A DNA stretch of 63,143 nt from Nitrospina sp. GTDB taxonomy: Bacteria; Nitrospinota; Nitrospinia; Nitrospinales; VA-1. Positions 40,746-48,518 of the stretch are shown piece by piece; position 1 is the first letter of the stretch, and every line of letters begins with the position of its first letter. The notes beneath the pieces are model-generated. The model saw only the letters and a list, made by a program, of their open reading frames with translations. It was not told the origin of the DNA and searched no databases. The translations under genes were made by a program, and so were the position numbers. The DNA lies in contig JABIYR010000101.1 in NCBI GenBank assembly GCA_018702695.1, positions 1 to 63,143 of the forward strand, written 5' to 3'.

Positions 40746-41861
40746 ATGGAATACCGTTCCTCAGAAGTGAAAGCCGGGCTTTTTATTTTTGTCAGCATGA
40801 TTGGGTTGATCGTGATGATCTTCATGCTGGGCAATGTTCAAGACTATTTTAAGCCCCAACGAATATTACGCATTGTCTTTAATGTTACCGGCGGAGTGGA
40901 AGTCGGTGCGCCGGTTCGTTATGCCGGGTTAGATATCGGGTCGGTTCGAGGCATTGAACTGCTAGGCGATGAAAAAAAACGTGATCGCGTGGTGGTGGTG
41001 GCAGAGGTCAACCCTAAGATCAGTATCAAAAAGAATTCGATTGCCATGATTAAAACCTCGGGATTGATGGGTGGTCTTTATATTGATGTGCGACCCGGCA
41101 CTCAAGAGTCGCCCCTTTTAGGAGAGAAAGAGGAGTTGACCGGTCACGATACGTTTGAAATCGCCAAGATCGGTGATATGGCGACAGAGGTAATTTTAGA
41201 GATCCGACGTTTCACTCAATTAACAGGAGAGCTTGTCACCGATGCCCGTTCGACCTTGAAAGATGTGCGAACCTCGCTTGCTGGTGTAGACTCGATATTG
41301 TCTGAAAACCGAAAATATGTTCACGCAAACATGAAAAACGCTTTACAGATTTCGAAGAAAGTGTCAGACATGCTGGATAAAAATAGTGGCAAACTGCAAA
41401 CCACTCTAGACAATGTGGCGTCGGTTTCGCAAAAAACCAATGACCTATTTGCAGATAAAGATACAGAGATCCGCGAGACCGTGAGCCAGATGCATAAGTT
41501 GACAAGGGAGATGGAAATTCTCATGGCAGATACGCGACCGGGAGTGACTAGCTTGATTAATAGTATGGAGGCGAATGCTCAGGAAATCACCTCAGATATA
41601 GATCGCACTGCAACCAGTGTCGAGCAAACCTTGGGGCAGGGTAATTCGATCATGTTAGAGAACCGCAGAAACCTGCTTCTGGTTCTCCAGAATATGAATG
41701 AAACATCGCGAAATCTGAAAACGCTAACGCAAGACTTGAAACGGAACCCTTGGAAACTGGTACGTAAAAGCGATGAGGTGAAACCCGCTCTTGCTGAGAA
41801 TGCCACCCCTGGAAAACAAGAGCTTCATATGAAGCGTTTGGATAAGGTTTCGGGCAATTAG
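40746..41861 (+). CDS. mlaD: MlaD/MCE-family substrate-binding protein with long C-terminal coiled coil
   Basis: N-terminal TM anchor, an MCE domain (GGVEVGAPVRYAGLDIGSVRGIEL) and a helical extension of about 200 aa. Confidence 0.85.
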   Translation: MEYRSSEVKAGLFIFVSMIGLIVMIFMLGNVQDYFKPQRILRIVFNVTGGVEVGAPVRYAGLDIGSVRGIELLGDEKKRDRVVVVAEVNPKISIKKNSIAMIKTSGLMGGLYIDVRPGTQESPLLGEKEELTGHDTFEIAKIGDMATEVILEIRRFTQLTGELVTDARSTLKDVRTSLAGVDSILSENRKYVHANMKNALQISKKVSDMLDKNSGKLQTTLDNVASVSQKTNDLFADKDTEIRETVSQMHKLTREMEILMADTRPGVTSLINSMEANAQEITSDIDRTATSVEQTLGQGNSIMLENRRNLLLVLQNMNETSRNLKTLTQDLKRNPWKLVRKSDEVKPALAENATPGKQELHMKRLDKVSGN

Positions 41862-41867
41862 ACAACG

Positions 41868-42767
41868 ATGATTAAAATAAATTTATCGAATATTTGTGGT
41901 GTTCTGGCGGCAATGTTCTTTTTCGGTTGCGCCAATAACCCAGCCCCGATTGAAAGCCATTTCAATAAGGGTGTGGAGCATTACGATGAACAGGATTATG
42001 CGGCGGCGATTGAGGAATACCAGTGGGCGCTCAGAAATAAACCCGACAATACGTTTGCGATGTACAATCTCGCAGTTGTATATCAGGACCTAGGCAAAAC
42101 CGAGTCTGCTGAAAAGCTGTATCAAGATGTTCTGAAAATCACAGAAGATACTTTCAGCCGTATTAATTTAGCTGGGATTTTTTATAGCAGAGGGGATCAG
42201 GATGAGGCCTACCAGCAACTTGAAACGGCAACCAATAAAAACCCGGACTCCGCTCATCCGTTGAGTATTTTGGGCGAGTTCAAGGAGCGTGAAGGCAAGC
42301 TAGCCGAAGCAGAACAAAAATATCTCAAGGCCTTGAGCGTTGATAGTCGGCATGCGCTCACGCATCATAGACTGGGGCGGTTGTACATGAAGCGAGAAAA
42401 ATATGCTCAAGGCATTGAGCATCTAAAACAAGCCAGTATTTTGGAAGAAGAAAATCCAGTTTACCTGCAAACTCTGGCGGCGGAATATGAGCGAACGGGC
42501 GACTATATCGAGGCGATAAATTATTTTGAAAGAGCTTCAGTTCTTCAACCAGATCAGTTGGAAACTTATGTCAAGTTAGGAGACTTGTATAAGAAAAAAA
42601 CAATGTTCCAACAAGCCCTTTCGCGTTACTGGTCGGCGTTATCTCTGAAAAACGATGATCCTTATACCCACCGGAGTGTTCTGGAGATTTATAAGATTCT
42701 TGCGGAGCGAGAAAAAGAACAATTGGAAACTCTGGAGGGTCAGAGTTCTTTTGCTCACAACCCTTAG
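41868..42767 (+). CDS. TPR-repeat lipoprotein
   Basis: Lipobox MFFFGCAN and six or more TPR units (YNLAVVYQDLGKTESAEKLYQDVL, HHRLGRLYMKREKYAQGIEHLKQA). It starts 6 nt after mlaD. Confidence 0.8.
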   Translation: MIKINLSNICGVLAAMFFFGCANNPAPIESHFNKGVEHYDEQDYAAAIEEYQWALRNKPDNTFAMYNLAVVYQDLGKTESAEKLYQDVLKITEDTFSRINLAGIFYSRGDQDEAYQQLETATNKNPDSAHPLSILGEFKEREGKLAEAEQKYLKALSVDSRHALTHHRLGRLYMKREKYAQGIEHLKQASILEEENPVYLQTLAAEYERTGDYIEAINYFERASVLQPDQLETYVKLGDLYKKKTMFQQALSRYWSALSLKNDDPYTHRSVLEIYKILAEREKEQLETLEGQSSFAHNP

Positions 42768-42773
42768 GCCATA

Positions 42774-44285
42774 ATGCGTTCGCGTTTACCGATTTTGTTG
42801 ACGGGGCTAGCGAGCCTCCTGCTCTATCTGTCCCTGACCCGACTTTCTAATCAATTTAGTTGGGGAGAAGGGTATTCTGAAAGACCCATTCTTGTTTATC
42901 TCGCACTCTATTTTACTCTGATTGTTCTTTATATCCTGACTTGGTTATTTGTGCGTAAGCACCCTGGAGACCGAGGAATTTTTTGGATGATCATTGTGTT
43001 CGGGTTATTGTTCCGCGTCGCTATTCTGCCGTCGCAACAAATTCAAGAAGATGATGTCTACCGCTATTTATGGGATGGAAAAGTGTTCGCGAATGGAATC
43101 AACCCCTTTGAATACGCTCCTTCTGAGGTGCATGACTTTAAGTCCTTACGCATACAGAACCCAGAAAACTATTACGAAACTTATATAGAGCGAAACGAAC
43201 GCGAGCTAGAAATACTAGACGCATTGAAATGGAAGACCCCCCAATCTGTTCAATATCTAGAACGGGTGAACCATCCAGATGTGTCAACCATCTATCCGCC
43301 GATGGCGCAGTTCGTATTTCGTTGGGTGCATGAAATCAAACCCGATAACATTGTTGCCATGCGGGTTGGATTTTTAATTTTTGATGTCATGGCATTGGTT
43401 TTCATCGTTGGAATTCTTTCACGATTGGGGCTGGATAAATCTGGATGCCTGATATATTTCTGGAGTCCGCTGATAATAAAAGAAACCTTCAATTCGACGC
43501 ATTTGGATATCATCGGGATATCATTGTTATGCGGTTCGATCTATTTTTTGGTCAGCCAACGCCATAGCCTAGCTACATTATTTTTGGCTTTCAGCTTTCT
43601 CGGTAAACTCTATCCCGTGATTTTGTTTCCTCTATACCTTCAGGCCTGTTACGAAAAAACAGCGCAAGAAGGAAAAAATATCGGGTTGGCTCTTTTGGGC
43701 AACAGTTTTTTATTTTTGGCGGTGATCGTTTTAGGGTTCATGCCTTTTATGGGAATTGGGTTGCAGATCTTCGATGGCCTCAAAGCCTTCACTCTTTATT
43801 GGCAAAGCAACGACAGTATTTTTGCGATTTTGGTTTTCATCTTTAAAAATATTTCGGGCGGGTTTGCGAATCAAACAGTATTATCCAATCCGTTGCCAAT
43901 CTTCCTGAGCAAAGTCACTGTGGCAATGACATTGACCGGAGTTTTGATTGTGTTGATGTGCAAGAGAACTTCTCTTCTGCGACAGCCGATTGAATTTGTG
44001 CGTGGATTTTTCTGGCTCATGGCATTAGTTTTTCTCCTCAGTCCTGTGCAGAACCCTTGGTATCTATGTTGGGTGGTGCCATTTCTATGTCTATTCCCTT
44101 CCAGAGCTTGGATTGTTTTGACGGGGCTGGTGGGCTTTTATTATCTTGATTTTTATTTCGACTATCAGGAGATTCAAGCCCTTAGCGCATGGATTCCTTG
44201 GGTTGAATATCTCCCATTTTATTTTTTATTGGCTCTCCAATGTAGGGAAATAAAAAACCAAAAACCACTCCCAGAAGCTGTCTAG
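42774..44285 (+). CDS. polytopic GT-C-fold glycosyltransferase-like membrane protein (DUF2029/GT87-like)
   Basis: 503 aa with at least 10 predicted TM helices and an acidic first-loop motif QEDDVYRYLWDGKV, as in GT-C mannosyl/arabinosyl transferases. The family assignment rests on resemblance only. Confidence 0.55.
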   Translation: MRSRLPILLTGLASLLLYLSLTRLSNQFSWGEGYSERPILVYLALYFTLIVLYILTWLFVRKHPGDRGIFWMIIVFGLLFRVAILPSQQIQEDDVYRYLWDGKVFANGINPFEYAPSEVHDFKSLRIQNPENYYETYIERNERELEILDALKWKTPQSVQYLERVNHPDVSTIYPPMAQFVFRWVHEIKPDNIVAMRVGFLIFDVMALVFIVGILSRLGLDKSGCLIYFWSPLIIKETFNSTHLDIIGISLLCGSIYFLVSQRHSLATLFLAFSFLGKLYPVILFPLYLQACYEKTAQEGKNIGLALLGNSFLFLAVIVLGFMPFMGIGLQIFDGLKAFTLYWQSNDSIFAILVFIFKNISGGFANQTVLSNPLPIFLSKVTVAMTLTGVLIVLMCKRTSLLRQPIEFVRGFFWLMALVFLLSPVQNPWYLCWVVPFLCLFPSRAWIVLTGLVGFYYLDFYFDYQEIQALSAWIPWVEYLPFYFLLALQCREIKNQKPLPEAV

Positions 44286-44400
44286 ATTTGTGGTTGATGC
44301 TAGAATTATGATATTTTGAATAAAAAATTATTTCTTGTTAAGACCGTAACAACCAGTTATATTTAAATAAAAGTAAATTGAAAATAATTGAGGGGACTCA

Positions 44401-44907
44401 ATGGCAAATACCACGGTACCAAAAATTAAAGCTATGCTTAAAGATGAAAAACAATCTCACTTTACGGGCATGGATTTTTCCGGGCTGGATCTTTCTGGCT
44501 TTGATTTTAGTGAGAAGACCATTGCGGCTACCAATTTTAGCAATTGTTCGCTGAGGAAAGCCAAATTCAGTCAGGCATTCTTAGCCAAATGTAACTTCAG
44601 AAGCTCCGACTTGGCGCATGCAGACTTCAGCAACGCCAATTTAAAAGATGCCGATTTATGTCTCACAAATTTGGAAAATGCATCGTTCAGTCGAGCTAAG
44701 ATGGATGGAGCCAAGTTACTCAGAGCTAAATGTAAAAAAGCCAGCATGAGTTTTGCGTCGATGGTGGGTTGTGATTTTAGACAGGCAAAACTTGATGCCG
44801 TTTCTTTTCATGGGGCTGACCTTTCAAAAACGGATTTCACAGATGCCGAAACCGAAGGTGCTAGTTTTAAAAATGCCAAGCTCGATGGTGCAAAAGGCTA
44901 TAAATAA
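44401..44907 (+). CDS. pentapeptide-repeat protein
   Basis: Tandem A(D/N)LxX pentapeptides throughout (ANLKDADLCLTNLENASFSRAKMDGAKL...). Confidence 0.9.
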   Translation: MANTTVPKIKAMLKDEKQSHFTGMDFSGLDLSGFDFSEKTIAATNFSNCSLRKAKFSQAFLAKCNFRSSDLAHADFSNANLKDADLCLTNLENASFSRAKMDGAKLLRAKCKKASMSFASMVGCDFRQAKLDAVSFHGADLSKTDFTDAETEGASFKNAKLDGAKGYK

Positions 44908-44966
44908 AACTTCCCGCTTTCTGTCGAAATACTTATAGATAAGATTTGCTGGGCTCATCCAAAAAA

Positions 44967-45662
44967 CTAAACCAGCTCTAGGAATGAAGTGATTCTGTTT
45001 GGCTCGCCGTTGTCAAAGCGATTGTCTCGATCAATCAGGATAGAGTGAATGCCAGCGCGGTTAGCCCCCTCTATATCAGTACGAATTTCATCGCCGATAT
45101 GGCAGGTCTCATGCGGGGCGACCCCAGACCGTCTCAAAGCTTCCTGAAATATTTTTTGATCTGGTTTTGCTGAGCCGATCACGGCAGAGGAAAGAATAAA
45201 ATCAAAATATTGCGCCAGCCCAATATTTTCTAATGTTGAAAGCAAGCGGGAATCCCAGTTAGAGATAACCCCCAGTATCACGCCTTGTTTTTGCAGAGTT
45301 TCAAGAATTTTTGATTGTGTGACATCTTCAAAAACTTGCCAGTTGGCTTTTTCTCGAAACACTTCAAAAATAATATCAAAATACTCTTCAAACCGGTCGA
45401 GTCCGCCTAGTGGCTCAAACACCTCATAAACCAGTTTATACCAAAATTCTCTTTCCGCTTTGGCTCCACTTTGATGTCCTAAAGATTCAATGCCGCCCAT
45501 TTTCTTCCATTGGGTACGGAAACCATCGTTTAAAGTTTGTGCGTTGCCAGAATAGCCAAAGGGCCGAGCGTAGCGGGCATAGACATCTCCTACTGAAGGG
45601 TGAACACGAATCAAAGTTCCCCCTACATCAAAAAAAACTGCTTTGAAAGCAGATAAAGGCAT
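44967..45662 (-). CDS. HAD-superfamily hydrolase (subfamily IA)
   Basis: Motif I VFFDVGGTLI, motif II ISNWD and motif III/IV KPDQKIF...HIGDEIRTDIEGA. Confidence 0.85.
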   Translation of the reverse strand: MPLSAFKAVFFDVGGTLIRVHPSVGDVYARYARPFGYSGNAQTLNDGFRTQWKKMGGIESLGHQSGAKAEREFWYKLVYEVFEPLGGLDRFEEYFDIIFEVFREKANWQVFEDVTQSKILETLQKQGVILGVISNWDSRLLSTLENIGLAQYFDFILSSAVIGSAKPDQKIFQEALRRSGVAPHETCHIGDEIRTDIEGANRAGIHSILIDRDNRFDNGEPNRITSFLELV

Positions 45663-45935
45663 GTGCGCTCTCTTAAGTGAATTAATATTAAAATGAGCGC
45701 GTGTCGATTGTTGCAGGCGAACATTTTATCATCACCCTATAAGATGAAATGGCTCTTGGCAAAGGTTTAAATAAATTTTTCCAATAGTCGGATGAGTGTG
45801 AAGCAGTAAAAATTGCCATTGCAGAAATTTTTGCGGCTCGTGAACGCAGGCATTGCCATTGCGCACAACAGCCCTCGTGAAAGGGTGAGCCGCTGATATC
45901 GGAGGAAAGTGTTGGCCATATGCGCTTCTTTTTGT

Positions 45936-46229
45936 TTAGCGATGGTCGGGCTGAAAAAAGCTGATGACCCCCATTAAAGCAATGGTGGTGGCACAGAAAA
46001 AGTACATCATGAGCCCTATTCCTGAATCCCCAAATAACTCTAACCAGTAAACGCGGTTGGAGACAAAACCCCAATAAAAAATAAAGAAATAGGATGCCAA
46101 TAACCCGGTTTTATATTTTCCGTAGAGCAGGCACAGAAAACAGGTGAGAAACATAAATACAATTTGCCCAAAGGAAATAAAAAATACTTTGTTTGCGAAA
46201 AAATCAACGGTTTCATTCATGCTATTCAC
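45936..46229 (-). CDS. small integral membrane protein (3 TM), function unknown
   Basis: 97 aa with three hydrophobic helices and coherent composition. The overlapping 128-aa ORF 45688..46074 looks spurious. Confidence 0.55.
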   Translation of the reverse strand: MNSMNETVDFFANKVFFISFGQIVFMFLTCFLCLLYGKYKTGLLASYFFIFYWGFVSNRVYWLELFGDSGIGLMMYFFCATTIALMGVISFFQPDHR

Positions 46230-46535
46230 CCTGTTTAATCCCTAAAAATTGAGGCCTTTAAATAGGTTCCCTCAAAGCCCTCGCAATAGGGAAGATGCTG
46301 ACTGTCCTATTTTGGGGAACCCGAACTAAAGAGCAAAAAAGATACCAATGCGGAGATCGTCTGGCAGGGTTTTACTTAAGGTGAGCTTAACTTATTATAT
46401 TTAAAGGGTGTTTTATTTTCAAAAATATGTGATAAAAATTAATCACTATTGTGTTTTGAATGAAAATAGTGTGATATTTTCCAATAAATACCATTAATTG
46501 ATAAAAATTAATACGCTTTTATGTTGGAGGTTGTT

Positions 46536-47297
46536 TTATTTTATGGGGAGCTGATATTGAGCGGGGTGGTTTTGGAAGCAGTCGAAAGCGGCGCAATAAT
46601 CTTCCTGAGTGTCTATTTCAAAGCAACCTTCCTGAGCAATATTCCAAGGGTGTAGAGGGGTGGTGCGAGCGAACTCAGTGAAGGGGATCTCCCAAAGAAC
46701 GGGTTCATATGCCGATTCATTGTTTTCATACAACGTGACAAATAGGGGGACATCTTCTTGACGAAGCATAAAAAAACCGATTGCCTCGCCGCCAAACCCA
46801 AAACCGGATTTTTCTTCAGCGGTCAATTCGCGTTTGGTGATGAAGGCATGGATGGTTCCTGATGGACTCAGTAATACCTTTGCGCATTCCTCATTGTCTA
46901 TGTCGGCGGGAACCAATGCAAAAGAAGAGCGTGGTGCTTTTTGCACATAATCGAGCAAGGCCTGTGGGGGATATAAGACATCACCATCAAGAATCAATGT
47001 TTCACTTTGGCAATGTTTAAGCCCCATCACCATAGACAAGGTGTTGCCCGTTGTGCGGTAAACCGGGTTGTCGATGAAATGAATCGGCAGGTCGAGATTG
47101 AGACTCTCGACGTAACTTTTCAGTGCAGGGGCATTGTGGCCCAGGACAAGATGGGTTTTTTGGATGTTCAAAGCTTGCAGACATTTCAGGTGACGAGAAA
47201 GAAGTGTCTCTTCACCAAAAGGTAACAAAGCTTTGTGAGGTAGATCTTGACGGGCCAGTCGAGAACCGTAACCGGCGAGTAAAATAATGGCTTCCAT
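46536..47297 (-). CDS. nucleotidyltransferase (sugar-phosphate/phosphocholine NTP-transferase family)
   Basis: N-terminal ILLAGYGSRL (GxGxR nucleotide-binding loop), KALLPF and GNTLSM motifs. Length 253 aa. Confidence 0.75.
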   Translation of the reverse strand: MEAIILLAGYGSRLARQDLPHKALLPFGEETLLSRHLKCLQALNIQKTHLVLGHNAPALKSYVESLNLDLPIHFIDNPVYRTTGNTLSMVMGLKHCQSETLILDGDVLYPPQALLDYVQKAPRSSFALVPADIDNEECAKVLLSPSGTIHAFITKRELTAEEKSGFGFGGEAIGFFMLRQEDVPLFVTLYENNESAYEPVLWEIPFTEFARTTPLHPWNIAQEGCFEIDTQEDYCAAFDCFQNHPAQYQLPIK

Positions 47298-47444
47298 AAA
47301 AAAACCTTTCCGAGCCTGAGCCGGAGGAAACGAGCGCGAACTTTTAAAATTGCTCGGTTTGTTTGCGGATCAAAATAGTTGATACTCTCACATGAAGCCA
47401 AAGGCAGGATGGTACGTGTTCATTGGCTTCATGCTGAATGAGAG

Positions 47445-48413
47445 TTATTTACTGAAAGCCCAAAAAGCCGACATGGGTTTATTGGCGACATAACGCTTAA
47501 ACTTGAGCAAGGTGTCTAAGCCATCTGCGGTGCGCTCCACGTTGCTGGGTTCTTGCGGAAAATCACCCCAGCCTTGTTGATTTTTGATGTCGATCAACCA
47601 GCGTACCCCTTTTTCGATAGCGGGAGCGTATTTTTCCTTGGATTTGAAGGTATCGGAAACCAGCATCAAATTGCGGCAGGCATCCATCGTGTGATCGGTA
47701 TTTTCATTGTCCCAACTGCCATTTTCAGCTTGTTCCGCGATCATCGAGTCTGCCGCTTGCAGGCACATGCTTCCCGCATAATCGATTTTATCCATGAAAT
47801 AGGCGGGAACCAAGGTGTACTGCATTAAATGGGCGGTGGTTTCGATGCCAGCTGGATGAAAGGTTTCATCCTTCCAAAGCCCCGAATCTCTTTGCCATTT
47901 GGTAATAAATTCAAAGCCGCGGATGCGAGCCTTGTTAATTCGTTCCTCATCTTTTTTATCTTGCGTGACCTGATAAATGGTCAAAAAACAAGTGACTGAA
48001 CAGGTGGTATCGAGGTGAGACCATTCTGGGTCTGCCCAATGCCCATCTTCTTCCTGCATGGATAAAACGTATTCCAGCGTTTTATCAACAGCCGCCTGAA
48101 TATCAGGATCTTTCAGTACCAAGTTCCCTCGGCAAAGCTTCAGCCCGACAAAGGTGGTGATCCACATCGAAGTTTTATCGGTGTGGGACTGTTTAGACCA
48201 GCCACCATCCGGGTTTTGAACCTTGACGCATTCCTTAAACTCTTGCGGTTTATCCGGAGTCAAATCAAGGTGCAAGATGCAACGCAAGACATGCTCCAGC
48301 ACTTCCATATCCTGCTCGCCGTTAAGAAGGCTCCATTCGCCTTTTTTGGAATCTAAATAATCCCACTCACTATCGATTAATGAATTCAGCTCTTCTTTTG
48401 CAATCGTTGTCAT
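47445..48413 (-). CDS. prenyltransferase/squalene-oxidase-repeat (alpha/alpha-toroid, terpene-cyclase fold) protein
   Basis: Repeated aromatic-Gly motifs spaced about 45-50 aa apart (NPDGGWS, EEDGHWAD, RDSGLWKD, AENGSWDN, NQQGWGDF). It has no signal peptide and no DxDD motif. Confidence 0.6.
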   Translation of the reverse strand: MTTIAKEELNSLIDSEWDYLDSKKGEWSLLNGEQDMEVLEHVLRCILHLDLTPDKPQEFKECVKVQNPDGGWSKQSHTDKTSMWITTFVGLKLCRGNLVLKDPDIQAAVDKTLEYVLSMQEEDGHWADPEWSHLDTTCSVTCFLTIYQVTQDKKDEERINKARIRGFEFITKWQRDSGLWKDETFHPAGIETTAHLMQYTLVPAYFMDKIDYAGSMCLQAADSMIAEQAENGSWDNENTDHTMDACRNLMLVSDTFKSKEKYAPAIEKGVRWLIDIKNQQGWGDFPQEPSNVERTADGLDTLLKFKRYVANKPMSAFWAFSK

Positions 48414-48518
48414 AATTTTCCAATGGTTCGAGATTTAAAATTTCACACCCTCGTTTTGGGGATTATATTCATGTATCTGGAAACGGTCAAGCCCCTCGAA
48501 GAAGATACATCTTGTAGC

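Noticed and set aside
45688-46074. A 128-aa minus-strand ORF overlapping the small membrane protein gene.
   Set aside because: It has Cys/His/Arg-rich composition, overlaps a more credible 3-TM ORF in another frame and has no SD.
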